Assembly (NCBI GenBank): GCA_009889625.1
Contig: WTZU01000003.1
Coordinates: 4,131-68,130 of the forward strand
DNA length: 64,000 nt
Source: Candidatus Hikarchaeia archaeon HikBin5
Lineage (GTDB): Archaea; Halobacteriota; Halobacteria; Halobacteriales; Hikarchaeaceae
Direction: 5' to 3'
The notes under the pieces were generated by a model that searched no databases, had not been told where the DNA came from, and saw only the letters and a program-made list of their open reading frames with translations. Every line of letters begins with the position of its first letter. Position 1 is the first letter of the stretch. Below, one piece after another: positions 1 to 9,980 of this stretch. The translations under genes were made by a program, and so were the position numbers.

Positions 1-1392
1 CATTCCTATTATTTCCTCAACTAAACCTTCTCCCTTGTTATGCCTTAACACATAAGTCATATAATCCAAAGAATCACATATCCTCTGTATGTCTTCCATT
101 TCAAAACCATGCATTCTGGCTATTGAGAGATATTCTTCCATTATACTGGAAGAAGATCTATCTGCCACACCCGAAATGGCAGGCAATTGTTTGAGATTTG
201 TCATTGATTCTCTATCAATAATGCCTGCAATTTCTGCACAAATCATTCCCGTTGTTATGCGGTAATCTTCTCCCACTATGTATGGGTTGACATGCCCCGC
301 AAGATACGGTTCAACTTCCTCTTCATTTGGATAATGGTGATCTATCACTACGATGGGGATTTCATAACTCTGTAGGTATTCATATGCTGGGATGTCTTCC
401 TCTGTACTCCCATTGTCAATCAAAACTAGTAGTGGCAACATTTGCCCGTGCCGAACCTGGGAAGTTAAGGCATAATTTAAATCATGCACTGCATCTTCCA
501 TATCATAATATGGGGCCCTGCTAGCCACTCTTCTAATCAGATTGTATTGAGATCTTTCATCCATATGAACTTTGGTCACAAGACCCTTTAGGGATTTTTC
601 TATAGGTAAACCTGCACAAATACCATCTACATCGGCATGATGGCGAACGATTATCGGGCGTCCAGAAAACACCGCTCGAATAAGAATTTCTGCACTTCCT
701 TCTATACTCTCTCTCAATTTCAAGAGAGCAGGCCAATCCACTAAAAATTCTTCTCCCCCGTTGCCTATCTTTTCGGCAATATTTGATTCAAATTTCTCTG
801 ATATTCGCATCAAGTTTTCGCCCTCTAATTTTTCTATATGTTCGATCTCCAATTGCATTCCATATTTTCCATCTCTCACTGTTCCTATTATCCGAACCCC
901 TTCTTCTACTCCCCTCTGGTTCAAAATGTGTTTTGATGTTTGTTTTTGTTCTACACATCGAACGATACCTGTACCGTCTGAAATACTATATGTGAGCGGA
1001 CCTGTAGTTTCTTTTCGTTGTGAAATGATCCCCTCAATTTCCACGGTTTTTCCAATATGCATTTCTAGTTTATCTATATCTATTATCTCCTTCTCCCCTA
1101 GAATCTGGGTTCTATATGCATCTAGTTCCGCCGGAATAAAACTCAAATCTCCATTCTCTTTGATTTCTCTTAACTGGACAACCACCTCTTCATTTTCTTT
1201 GTATTCCCTATCAAAAGCTGATTCATGCACTAAGCCCGAAATACGTCTTGACAACCTAACGAACACCCCGTATTTAGCCAATCGATCCACCGCCGCATGA
1301 TAATGCCCCCCTACTTCTAGCTCATCAAAATTATTGTTCTGTCCAAGTTTATAAACAATTTCTGAACCTTCTTGTTTCTCTATATTGACCAT
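1..1392 (-). CDS. DHH-family phosphoesterase (archaeal RecJ-like) with N-terminal S1/OB-fold domains. It is partial, with the C-terminus beyond the window start.
   Basis: It is absent from the ORF track because no stop lies in the window. My translation of the minus strand from the ATG at 1392-1390 stays open to position 1 (464 codons): MVNIEKQEGSEIVYKLGQ.... It shows an S1-like segment GHYHAAVDRLAKYGVFVRLSRRISGLVHES and a second OB-like segment. DHH motifs are IIVRHHADVDGICAG, LLVLIDNGS and IVVIDHHYP. Confidence 0.75.
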   Translation of the reverse strand, partial: MVNIEKQEGSEIVYKLGQNNNFDELEVGGHYHAAVDRLAKYGVFVRLSRRISGLVHESAFDREYKENEEVVVQLREIKENGDLSFIPAELDAYRTQILGEKEIIDIDKLEMHIGKTVEIEGIISQRKETTGPLTYSISDGTGIVRCVEQKQTSKHILNQRGVEEGVRIIGTVRDGKYGMQLEIEHIEKLEGENLMRISEKFESNIAEKIGNGGEEFLVDWPALLKLRESIEGSAEILIRAVFSGRPIIVRHHADVDGICAGLPIEKSLKGLVTKVHMDERSQYNLIRRVASRAPYYDMEDAVHDLNYALTSQVRHGQMLPLLVLIDNGSTEEDIPAYEYLQSYEIPIVVIDHHYPNEEEVEPYLAGHVNPYIVGEDYRITTGMICAEIAGIIDRESMTNLKQLPAISGVADRSSSSIMEEYLSIARMHGFEMEDIQRICDSLDYMTYVLRHNKGEGLVEEIIGM

Positions 1393-1479
1393 AGCTCCTA
1401 CTTTGGTACACTCCCTGATAATGGTTGGTTTCTATATCTGAATGAAATGTAAAATATTTTTGGTTTAAAATATATTAAA

Positions 1480-2625
1480 TCAAATTAACTCATTCTCACA
1501 AAGTCTTCTAATACCTTCTTCAATATTTTCAATTGAGTTAGCATATGAAATGCGGGCATACCCTGGAGTGCCAAATGCTTCTCCTGGTACCATTGCAACA
1601 TGTGCCTTATCAATTGATTTTTCACACCATTCTACTCCATCTCCCTCAACTGGTATCATCACGTAGAATGCTCCTTCCGGGGGTTGAATATCTATTCCAT
1701 TTTTAGATAGTAGTTGCAAAATCAAATCCCTCCGATGTTTAAATGATTCCACCATTTCTGCTACTGCACCTTCCCCATTTTCTAGTGCTTCTATTCCTGC
1801 ACGTTGGACCATATTAGTTGCACATGTGGCCGTGTGTGAGTGAATTTTTGCAGCTTGATTTATCAATTCTCTTGGGCCACCCATGTAGCCTAAACGCCAT
1901 CCAGTCATTGCATATGCCTTAGAAAAACCGTTCACAGTAACCGTTCTTTCTTTCATCCCCTCCATTGCCCCAACACTGGTGTATTCCGACGTATATGTGA
2001 TTTCTTTATAGATTTCATCTGAAATGGCCATCACATCATTGTCAACCAGCAAGTCTCTCAATCCCTCTAATTCTTCCTCTGAATACACCGCACCAGTCGG
2101 ATTAGACGGTGAATTTAAAATGACTAATTTTGTCCTAGGGGATATTTCCTCCTTGAGCCTTTCAATTGCCGGGCCAATTTGAAATCCATATGGCTCTAGA
2201 CTTATTCTCTTTATGTCTCCTCCTGCCATCGAAATCATAGGTTCATACGATACCCATGCGGGTGTGAATATTATGGTTTCATCTCCCTCTCCTATGATTG
2301 TCATTATCGCTTCAAATAATGCCTGTTTGGCACCCGGAGTGACAATTATATTGTTTACCCCATATTCCAATTCACATTTTTCATTAAAATATTTGGAAAT
2401 GGATTCTCTTAGCTCTATAATCCCTTTCGAAGATGTATATCCATGATCTCCATTTTCCAATGATATCTTTGCCACATTAACTATATTTTTAGGCGTTTTG
2501 AAATCTGGCTCTCCAACGCTTAAATCGATTATATCAACTCCTTGCTGTCTCAATTCTGAAGCTTTATTTCCCACTGCAACGGTCGCACTAGGTTTTATGC
2601 CTTCAACTCTCTTGGAAAACTTCAT
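1480..2625 (-). CDS. Class I/II PLP-dependent aminotransferase (aspartate aminotransferase-like)
   Basis: 381 aa. The N-terminus has LSVGEPDFKTPKNI, and the PLP-lysine region is FSKAYAMTGWRLGY. Both are typical of AspC-type aminotransferases. The start overlaps the ribH stop by 1 nt (TAATG). Confidence 0.85.
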   Translation of the reverse strand: MKFSKRVEGIKPSATVAVGNKASELRQQGVDIIDLSVGEPDFKTPKNIVNVAKISLENGDHGYTSSKGIIELRESISKYFNEKCELEYGVNNIIVTPGAKQALFEAIMTIIGEGDETIIFTPAWVSYEPMISMAGGDIKRISLEPYGFQIGPAIERLKEEISPRTKLVILNSPSNPTGAVYSEEELEGLRDLLVDNDVMAISDEIYKEITYTSEYTSVGAMEGMKERTVTVNGFSKAYAMTGWRLGYMGGPRELINQAAKIHSHTATCATNMVQRAGIEALENGEGAVAEMVESFKHRRDLILQLLSKNGIDIQPPEGAFYVMIPVEGDGVEWCEKSIDKAHVAMVPGEAFGTPGYARISYANSIENIEEGIRRLCENELI

Positions 2626-3026
2626 TATAATCTGCCTGTCATTTTTATGGCACTTTGCATGGCACTGCCTCCATTTTCAATCCTATCCATGGCTTGCTTA
2701 GGATCCATCCCTGGGCCAGTTATCCCCAATATTATTGGCTTGTCTCTATCTAGACTAATTTTTATTAATCCTTGTGCAGTTGAGTGGGCGATTACATGTT
2801 CGTGATCTGTGTCTCCTGATATTATTGCCCCAATAACAACCACTGCGTCAATATCCTCCCTCCGAGCTAGTCTATCCGCCGCAATCGGGGAGTCATATAT
2901 TCCTGGAACATATATCGTATCTGCAATATCTGCTTCTTCTTCTTTTGCAACCTTGATCGCCTCATTTTCCATCAATTCTGTGATCGGACGGTTGAACTCT
3001 GCCACGACCATTCCTATTCTTACCAT
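2625..3026 (-). CDS. ribH: 6,7-dimethyl-8-ribityllumazine synthase
   Basis: MVRIGMVVAEFNRPITE...YVPGIYDSP...VVVIGAIISGDTDHEHV matches the archaeal RibH pattern. The track ORF extends to 3107 but begins with TTG. The ATG at 3026 (MVRIG) gives a typical RibH N-terminus and leaves an 80-nt divergent intergenic region. Confidence 0.85.
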   Translation of the reverse strand: MVRIGMVVAEFNRPITELMENEAIKVAKEEEADIADTIYVPGIYDSPIAADRLARREDIDAVVVIGAIISGDTDHEHVIAHSTAQGLIKISLDRDKPIILGITGPGMDPKQAMDRIENGGSAMQSAIKMTGRL

Positions 3027-3106
3027 AATTCGCCCAATGCTTGATTCAGTAATAGCTCTAACGATAGATGGAAAGGTTGTAGTTTGTAGACCGACTTTAT
3101 TTATCA

Positions 3107-4810
3107 ATGAACTCTCGATTTGGCACTTTTTTATCCAAGACTGATAATACTCTATTTACTATAGTTTGCATCACGATCGTATCTCTTATTTTTCGAATAG
3201 TAAATCTTGGATCAAGAGTTGCCCATTGGGATGAGGGCCGGGTAGGATACGACATTCTCCGTTACATAGATACTGGTATCTGGCAATACAGGCCAATTGT
3301 ACATGGTCCTTTTCTACCCCAAATAAATCACTATATTTTTGAATTTGCTGGGGCCACGGATTTCACCTCTCGCATTGCTGTAGCTATCATAGGGGGTTTA
3401 CTTCCACTCGCAGTTTGGCTTTACCGTGACCATCTAAATAATAGAGAATTAATAGCATTATCTTTGTTTTTGGCACTAGATCCATTGCTCCTTTATTACT
3501 CTCGATTCATGCGAAACGATGTAATTGTTGCCGCGTTCATCTTCCTTTTTGTTGGCTATTGTTTACGATTCCTTTCTACTAGTAAACCTCGCTATCTTTA
3601 CTATGCTAGTGCATTTTTAGCCCTTGCCTTCACAGCCAAAGAAAATGCTCTCGTATATGTTGCAATACTCGCAATTTGCTTGCTTCTGATTTTTGACCAT
3701 AAATTGTTCTTATTGCGTGATAAAAAACCAGGTTGGGCTACTACTGTTTCTCAAACAATATCTGATTTATCTGGATCAATTTGGTATTGGAGAAAACATC
3801 TTTTCTTAGTGACTATTGAATTCTTATTCATATTATTTTTATTCTATTCACCTAGAACTGGATCTCTTGGAGGAATTGGAATTGACCATATCTTTTCACA
3901 TCCCTCAATCTTACCGAGTGTCATTTCAGTGGCCCTGATAGATTCTGCCGCAAAGCTAGTCGGGGAGTGGATTCTTGGACCATCTACTGACCACGCATAC
4001 TTACCTTTCCTGAAACATTATGTTCTTTCTCTATTGAATGCATCCGGGGCTCTAGTTTTACTATCTTTCATTGGTTTCATTTCCGATCGTTATGGGGGAA
4101 AACTCCCCCGCAACGTAGTTGCACTAGGGTTTTATTGGGGAATTTTAAGCTTATTTATATATCCACTTTCTATAGATATTAGCTCTTCCTGGGCAGTTGT
4201 TCACACAGTTGTTCCCCTCGCCATACCTGCCGCAGTCGGCGCTGCAATAATATATGATTGGGCTTCTGAATCCTTCTCATCAAATGATAAAATTGGGGCG
4301 AGTTTGGCTGTAATTCTGCTATTGTTGATCTCAGTTGGAACAATTGGCATCTCCATTTCAACCAGTCATCTCGATCCATACGACGAATCTAATTTTATTG
4401 TTCAATATGCACAACCCGATGCAAATATGCATGAAACACTTCAATCTATTCAAATAGCTTCGATCAGCCACCCTAATTTGGACGTACTCTATTATGGGGA
4501 TTATTTCCTAGTTGAACATGAGGAAGATGCATATACTCTGCCAATTCGAGATGGTGAGTGGTATAATCGATTGCCCATCTCCTGGTATCTCGAGTCATAT
4601 GGATCGACCGTAAATAGCACGGCGGACCTATTGTCTTTCGAGACCATACTCAACGACCAAAATCCTCCTGTCATTATCGCTAGATCTAATGAAGTGGAAG
4701 AAATACGACCTCTATTGCCGAACTATGTCCAAGTCGAACATGAATTACGCCAGTTCAATGTTGATATTGTATTCTTCATTCATGAAGATTATTCCACTCC
4801 CTTATCGTAG
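3107..4810 (+). CDS. GT-C-fold polytopic membrane protein, TIGR03663/Agl23-like (PMT/ArnT-related)
   Basis: 567 aa with more than 10 predicted TM helices. The first-loop acidic motif AHWDEGRVGYD follows TM1, as in PMT/ArnT/TIGR03663 families, and there is a large C-terminal soluble domain. The family assignment is from memory of the TIGR03663 signature. Confidence 0.55.
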   Translation: MNSRFGTFLSKTDNTLFTIVCITIVSLIFRIVNLGSRVAHWDEGRVGYDILRYIDTGIWQYRPIVHGPFLPQINHYIFEFAGATDFTSRIAVAIIGGLLPLAVWLYRDHLNNRELIALSLFLALDPLLLYYSRFMRNDVIVAAFIFLFVGYCLRFLSTSKPRYLYYASAFLALAFTAKENALVYVAILAICLLLIFDHKLFLLRDKKPGWATTVSQTISDLSGSIWYWRKHLFLVTIEFLFILFLFYSPRTGSLGGIGIDHIFSHPSILPSVISVALIDSAAKLVGEWILGPSTDHAYLPFLKHYVLSLLNASGALVLLSFIGFISDRYGGKLPRNVVALGFYWGILSLFIYPLSIDISSSWAVVHTVVPLAIPAAVGAAIIYDWASESFSSNDKIGASLAVILLLLISVGTIGISISTSHLDPYDESNFIVQYAQPDANMHETLQSIQIASISHPNLDVLYYGDYFLVEHEEDAYTLPIRDGEWYNRLPISWYLESYGSTVNSTADLLSFETILNDQNPPVIIARSNEVEEIRPLLPNYVQVEHELRQFNVDIVFFIHEDYSTPLS

Positions 4811-4860
4811 TACATTTTTATCATATATCTCTCCCTTTCCGCCCGATTCAAACAATTAAC

Positions 4861-4868
4861 ATTTATAC
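4861..4868 (+). promoter_or_regulatory. Candidate TATA box for the nuo operon
   Basis: ATTTATAC lies about 40 nt upstream of the nuoA ATG (4905). This fits an archaeal TATA at about -27 with a short leader. It is the only strong TATA-like element in the 94-nt intergenic region, apart from a second AT-rich run at 4811-4829. Confidence 0.3.
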
Positions 4869-4904
4869 GGACTCAAATCCAGAGAAAGATCAAGTAGTCT
4901 ACTC

Positions 4905-5294
4905 ATGAATCCTTGGTTTGCTATAGGTATGCTGGCATTTGTTGCATTGCTCATTCCTCTTGGAATGGTTCTAATCTCTTCCCTCCTTCGCCCCACTGTC
5001 CCCAATGCCGGGAAAATCGCTGCGTACGAATCTGGTGAAGTACCAACAAGTTCTACGCGCTTTAGATTTGACATTCAATATTATATGGTCGCTTTGCTGT
5101 TTGTCGTTTTTGACATAGAGACCATCTTTATTTTCCCATGGGCACTCTTGTATCGAGATGTAGCTGCATATGATCTATTCTGGGCGCTAGTTCCTATGCT
5201 GATCTTTATATTGGTACTCTTTATAGGACTCATCTGGGCATGGAGCACAGGGGTAATCAAGTGGGTTGTATCTGACACCGAGGTATCGCCATGA
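4905..5294 (+). CDS. nuoA: NADH-quinone oxidoreductase subunit A
   Basis: 129 aa with 3 TM helices. It carries YESGE...RFDIQYYMVALLFVVFDIETIFIFPWA, the canonical NuoA/ND3 motif. Confidence 0.9.
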   Translation: MNPWFAIGMLAFVALLIPLGMVLISSLLRPTVPNAGKIAAYESGEVPTSSTRFRFDIQYYMVALLFVVFDIETIFIFPWALLYRDVAAYDLFWALVPMLIFILVLFIGLIWAWSTGVIKWVVSDTEVSP

Positions 5295-5920
5295 CAACAG
5301 ATCCTCGTCTAAATTCAAAATTAAGAGAAGCATTTGGATCTTCTCCATTCATTCTAACAAAATTTGATTCATTCATGGATTGGGTACGTGGATCTTCACT
5401 TTTCCTTCTTCAGTTTGGCATTGCGTGTTGTAGTATCGAAATGATGCACACCTTTGCAGTAAAACACGATCTAGATCGTTTTGGTGCCGGTGTTCCTAGG
5501 GCTTCCCCCCGTCAAGCAGATCTAATAATCGTACCCGGAACTATTGTTTCCAAATTTGCACCCAGAATGCGGCGTGTATATGACCAAATGCCAGAACCAA
5601 AATTTGTAGTCGGTATGGGATCTTGTACAATCTCTGGAGGTCCATTCCATAAAGGGTACAATGTTGTAAAAGGTGTAGAAGAAATCTTACCAGTTGATAT
5701 ACATGTGCCTGGATGCCCACCCCGCCCCGAAGCACTCGTCTATGGGATTGTCAAACTCCAAGAACGAATAATAAACGGACAAAGGTCTCCTGTCACTGTC
5801 GATCCATATGAACTTGAAAAATTTGGCGATCTAGATACTCATGAACTTATCGAACAACTTGCAGATCAAATTGCAGAAAATGACCTAGTAATGCGGTACA
5901 ATTGGAGTGATTCCCCATGA
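5291..5920 (+). CDS. nuoB: NADH-quinone oxidoreductase subunit B
   Basis: The N2 cluster ligands are present: GIACCSIEMM, GSCTISGGPF and PGCPPRPEAL. It has an ATGA overlap with nuoA. Confidence 0.95.
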   Translation: MTTDPRLNSKLREAFGSSPFILTKFDSFMDWVRGSSLFLLQFGIACCSIEMMHTFAVKHDLDRFGAGVPRASPRQADLIIVPGTIVSKFAPRMRRVYDQMPEPKFVVGMGSCTISGGPFHKGYNVVKGVEEILPVDIHVPGCPPRPEALVYGIVKLQERIINGQRSPVTVDPYELEKFGDLDTHELIEQLADQIAENDLVMRYNWSDSP

Positions 5921-7587
5921 GCTCAACACCTGCATCCTCTCAAAAAAATATAGTCGGCATATCTAAAAACGGTACACTAGATTATACTAAATTAGAAAAA
6001 TTACTCGGGCCTCTTGTTCTACAAAAAGAAGACCATGTCAATGCCCCTGCATTTGTTATCAGACCCGATTCAGTTGAAGAGGCATTGACCCTCCTTCGTG
6101 ATGAAGCCGGTTTCGATCACCTCTCTTGTGTCACTGCACAGGAATACGAGGATCGGTTTGAATCAATTTATCACTTGAGAAAATACGATTCTCCTCAACA
6201 TGAGCTGGGCATCGTAGTGCCTTCTCCTAAAAATAACCCTTGGAATCAATCGGCATGTTCTGTTTTCCGAACTGCAGATTGGCACGAAAGAGAAGCATAC
6301 GATCTAGTTGGGATAAATTATGAGGGGCACCCCGACCTTCGCAGAATTCTTCTACCCGACACTTGGCAAGGGCACCCACTCAGTTTGGATTATGATCAAA
6401 ACAAGCCTCAACTTATAACGCTACAAGAACATGAGAATCCTCTAAGAGACACCGATGAGGAAAATACCATGTTTATTAATATCGGCCCCCACCACCCCGC
6501 GACACACGGAGTGCTGCACTTAAAAACAGTACTCGACGGCGAACATGTAGTCTCAGTCGACCCGGACATCGGCTATCTGCATAGGTGTGAAGAACAAATG
6601 GCCCAAGGGCTCAATTATCGCTACCAAATAATGCCCTACCCTGATCGTTGGGACTATGCATCAGCGGGACTGCTCAATGAGTGGGCCTATGCTCGAGCAG
6701 CAGAAGATCTAGTCAATATAGAAGTCCCCGAATATGCTGAAATCATTCGGACTATGGGCGCTGAACTCTGCCGTATATGTGCACATTTCTTAGCCGTTGG
6801 TACTTTCGCACTAGATATATACGGCGATTTCACCGCTATTTTCATGTATGCCATGAGGGACCGTGAAATTGTCCAATCAATCCTAGAGGATTTAACTGGA
6901 CAACGAATGATGTTCAACTATTTCCGCCTCGGAGGTGTGGTGTGGGATCTGCCCGAACCCCGCGATGAATTCCTATCCAAAATCCAGAAGTTCTTGGACA
7001 AAATACCTGCAGGAATTCAAGAATATTCAGAGCTGATGACTACCAATGAAATTTTCCAATTACGGTGTGTTGGAACTGGAATTCTGCCCCCTGATGTGGC
7101 CCGGCAATATGGCGTAACTGGGCCTGTGGCTAGGGGCTCTGGAATTGATTATGATTTGCGAAGAGATGATCCCTATGGTTATTACGAAAATCTCGATTGG
7201 AATGTTGTAACGAATGATGGCTGCGATATTTACTCTAGGTTCTTAGTCCGTTTGGGCGAAGTAGAACAATCTGCAAAGATTATCGGCCAGTGTATATCTC
7301 TTCTAGAATCTTGGCCAGAAGAGGATAGAATAATTCAGGCAAATGTACCTAGAACAATCAAACCGCCCGCAGATGCAGAAATATACAGGGCGGTCGAAGC
7401 TGCAAAAGGAGAACTTGGAATTTATATTAGATCCGATGGGACTCAACAACCAGCCCGATTCAAAATTAGGAGTCCTTGTTTCAGTAATCTATCTACTTTA
7501 TCTGAAATGGCCACAGGTGGGTTGGTACCTGATCTAATCGCAGCTCTAGGGAGCCTAGACATAGTCCTCGGGGAGGTCGATCGATGA
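5917..7587 (+). CDS. nuoCD: NADH-quinone oxidoreductase fused subunit C/D
   Basis: 556 aa. The N-terminal NuoC part has FDHLSCVTAQEY...WHEREAYDL, and the C-terminal NuoD part has NIGPHHPATHGVLHL...GEVDR. A single ORF spans both. Confidence 0.95.
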   Translation: MSSTPASSQKNIVGISKNGTLDYTKLEKLLGPLVLQKEDHVNAPAFVIRPDSVEEALTLLRDEAGFDHLSCVTAQEYEDRFESIYHLRKYDSPQHELGIVVPSPKNNPWNQSACSVFRTADWHEREAYDLVGINYEGHPDLRRILLPDTWQGHPLSLDYDQNKPQLITLQEHENPLRDTDEENTMFINIGPHHPATHGVLHLKTVLDGEHVVSVDPDIGYLHRCEEQMAQGLNYRYQIMPYPDRWDYASAGLLNEWAYARAAEDLVNIEVPEYAEIIRTMGAELCRICAHFLAVGTFALDIYGDFTAIFMYAMRDREIVQSILEDLTGQRMMFNYFRLGGVVWDLPEPRDEFLSKIQKFLDKIPAGIQEYSELMTTNEIFQLRCVGTGILPPDVARQYGVTGPVARGSGIDYDLRRDDPYGYYENLDWNVVTNDGCDIYSRFLVRLGEVEQSAKIIGQCISLLESWPEEDRIIQANVPRTIKPPADAEIYRAVEAAKGELGIYIRSDGTQQPARFKIRSPCFSNLSTLSEMATGGLVPDLIAALGSLDIVLGEVDR

Positions 7588-8663
7588 TTACCTTGCCCCT
7601 CACAACTCAGACTCCTCTAGTCGATGCTATCTCTCACCTTTTGGGCCTTGATGGTTCTTTTGGTCTTATTTTGTCTGCATTTATTGCAGCATTTTTAATT
7701 GGGAATATTATGCTAATTTCTGCAGGCATCGCAGGTCCCTGGGCAAAACGAAAAATAACCGCAGTTTTCACAGATAGGATCGCAGTAAATAGACTCGGGC
7801 CCCTTGGCTTACTGATAATCGTAGCAGATGCAGTCCGTTTATTGGCCAAAGAATTAATAGTCCCAGAAGGAGTCGACCGTCCCTCTTGGGATATAGCCCC
7901 TCTAATTCTTCCTTTCTCTGCACTATTGGGGTTTGCAGTCATTCCTATGGGGGGCCCACTCCAATTGGCCGATCCCGAAACTGGCTTGGTATTCGTTTTC
8001 GCCGTTGCATCTATCGCCTCCGTTGGAGTCGTTATAGGGGGCTATTCTTCAAACAATAAATTCTCAATGTTGGGTGGGCTTCGGGCAGTGGCAATGAATA
8101 TAGCTTATGAGATTCCCCTTATAGTAACCGCAGCGTCTGTTGTTTTATTCGCTGGATCTTTGCGTCTAAGTGAAATTGTATCTGCACAAGCAGCCCCTCT
8201 AATCGTAATCGCAGGGGTTACCATTCCATCTTGGTTTGCCTTTGTAAATCCATTTGCTTTCGTCCTATTCCTAATCGCGAATTTAGCTGAAATAGGCAGA
8301 AACCCTTTTGATATACCTGAGGCACCCACAGAACTTGTTGCGGGATATGTCACTGAATATTCATCTGTTTATTTTGTTTTATTTTTCCTCGGAGAATTTC
8401 TCCACGTTTTTCTAGGTGGGGCAATCATTGCCACCCTCTTTTTAGGTGGTCCTGCAGCTCCCATTTCTTCCCTCTCTTTCATACCTGGGTTTATTTGGTT
8501 CTTGCTAAAAATCTGGAGTGTATTCCTCTTTACCCAGTGGATGCGGGCTGCAATCCCTCGTGTCAGAATTGACCAAATGATAGAGATTGGCTGGAAAGGC
8601 CTCTTGGCGTTATCATTCATTAACTTAATTTTAACTGCGATCTTGGTAGGTGTTATAGCATGA
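7584..8663 (+). CDS. nuoH: NADH-quinone oxidoreductase subunit H
   Basis: 359 aa and polytopic. The motifs RKITAVFTDRIAVNRLGPLGLL and AEIGRNPFDIPEAPTELVAGY.TEYS are NuoH/ND1 signatures. Confidence 0.95.
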   Translation: MITLPLTTQTPLVDAISHLLGLDGSFGLILSAFIAAFLIGNIMLISAGIAGPWAKRKITAVFTDRIAVNRLGPLGLLIIVADAVRLLAKELIVPEGVDRPSWDIAPLILPFSALLGFAVIPMGGPLQLADPETGLVFVFAVASIASVGVVIGGYSSNNKFSMLGGLRAVAMNIAYEIPLIVTAASVVLFAGSLRLSEIVSAQAAPLIVIAGVTIPSWFAFVNPFAFVLFLIANLAEIGRNPFDIPEAPTELVAGYVTEYSSVYFVLFFLGEFLHVFLGGAIIATLFLGGPAAPISSLSFIPGFIWFLLKIWSVFLFTQWMRAAIPRVRIDQMIEIGWKGLLALSFINLILTAILVGVIA

Positions 8664-9121
8664 TAGGGATCCTTCAATCTATGGCAGCAACAATGAAACA
8701 CGCCCTAGATGGTCAAACATTCACAGTTGAATATCCCGAAACTGTCCCCCACGTTTCGCCTAGGTTCCGTGGAGTCCACAAATTCAGCCAGGAGCGTTGT
8801 ATATGGTGCCGCCAATGCGAGATAGTTTGCCCCAATGACACCATCGAAATCAAATTAGACGATAAACGTCAAGGAGAGGAATATAATCTTCACATTGGAC
8901 AGTGCATTTACTGTAGACTATGCGAAGAAGTTTGCCCAGTGGATGCAATTGTATTGACCCAACAATTTGAATTCACAGGGGATACTAAAGGAGATCTAGT
9001 ATATAATAAAGAACAGCTTAAAAATGTACCTTGGTACAAAGGCCTCGATCCACTTGCATCTCGTGAACCTACACGATCTGCCTGGGTCGGGGAATTGGAT
9101 GGAGAAATTGATTACCAATGA
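8660..9121 (+). CDS. nuoI: NADH-quinone oxidoreductase subunit I (2x[4Fe-4S])
   Basis: Two ferredoxin motifs are present: CIWCRQCEIVCP and CIYCRLCEEVCP. Confidence 0.95.
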   Translation: MIGILQSMAATMKHALDGQTFTVEYPETVPHVSPRFRGVHKFSQERCIWCRQCEIVCPNDTIEIKLDDKRQGEEYNLHIGQCIYCRLCEEVCPVDAIVLTQQFEFTGDTKGDLVYNKEQLKNVPWYKGLDPLASREPTRSAWVGELDGEIDYQ

Positions 9122-9678
9122 TGGAAACTAGTATATCTGATTTGTTGGTATTTTTGTTCTTTTCTGGAATAACTCTACTTAGTAGTGCAGGCGTAGTACT
9201 AGTAAAAGATGTTTGGCATTCTGCTCTTCTGTTAGGGGTGGCACTTTTGAGCATAGCAGTTCATTATGTTCTTTTATCCGCCGAATTCATCGCAGCAATG
9301 CAAGTCCTTGTTTATGTGGGGGGTGTACTCATCCTCATCAGCTTCGCAATAATGCTAATTCGACGAAAAATGGATCCAAAATCTATGACATCCCCCTCAC
9401 TTAATATGGGGCCCCATCTACTTCGAGGAGTGGGGGCCATTGCATTTTTCCTTTTATTCTCTAGTATATTGATAGGTGCTTCTTTCGTAATTCCTGTAGG
9501 TTTCCAAGATGGTTCTTCTATAACTAAAAGTATTGGATATGCAATGTTTGGGTTACCCGGGGCTTCTATTCATAGTGAGAATTTCTTAGCAGCGTTCGAA
9601 ATAATTGATATAGCACTTGTCGCCGCCCTTGTGGCAGCAGTTATGCTAGCTAGACGGGATTCTGGAGGTGAAAATTAA
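9118..9678 (+). CDS. nuoJ: NADH-quinone oxidoreductase subunit J
   Basis: 186 aa with 5 TM helices. Its position lies between nuoI and nuoK. AAMQVLVYVGGVLIL is ND6-like. Confidence 0.85.
   Translation: MMETSISDLLVFLFFSGITLLSSAGVVLVKDVWHSALLLGVALLSIAVHYVLLSAEFIAAMQVLVYVGGVLILISFAIMLIRRKMDPKSMTSPSLNMGPHLLRGVGAIAFFLLFSSILIGASFVIPVGFQDGSSITKSIGYAMFGLPGASIHSENFLAAFEIIDIALVAALVAAVMLARRDSGGEN
9664..9668 (+). promoter_or_regulatory. Shine-Dalgarno-like GGAGG upstream of nuoK
   Basis: GGAGG lies 9 nt before the nuoK ATG (9678). The same GGAGG(T) element precedes other operon-internal genes, for example nuoN and the ORF at 53670. Confidence 0.4.
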
Positions 9679-9980
9679 TGGTTCCTATTAGCTATTATAT
9701 CCTTCTGTCTGCAGCAATTTTCTCCATTGGTCTCTTCGGCGTACTCACACGTCGAAATGCCCTTATGTTTCTCATATCTATCGAACTCATGTTGAATGCT
9801 GCCAATTTAAATTTTGTAGCATTCTCCACATTACATGGGAATTTAACCGGGCAGGTTTTCTCGCTTTTCATTTTGGCACTCGCGGCAGCAGAAGTGGCTG
9901 TTGGGATTGGAATAATTTTAGTATTGCAAAGAAATTTCTCCGGCATTGATGTCACCAAAGCAGTGACATTGAGGTGGTAG
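9678..9980 (+). CDS. nuoK: NADH-quinone oxidoreductase subunit K
   Basis: 100 aa with 3 TM helices. SIELMLNAANLNFVAF...ALAAAEVAVGIGI is the ND4L signature. Confidence 0.9.
   Translation: MVPISYYILLSAAIFSIGLFGVLTRRNALMFLISIELMLNAANLNFVAFSTLHGNLTGQVFSLFILALAAAEVAVGIGIILVLQRNFSGIDVTKAVTLRW

Noticed and set aside
761-1300. A 179-aa plus-strand ORF, with a nested 70-aa ORF at 783-995, rich in Ser/Ile/Phe.
   Set aside because: It lies antisense to a well-supported DHH/RecJ-like gene whose minus-strand frame stays open across the whole region. Its low-complexity composition is typical of a shadow ORF in AT-rich DNA.
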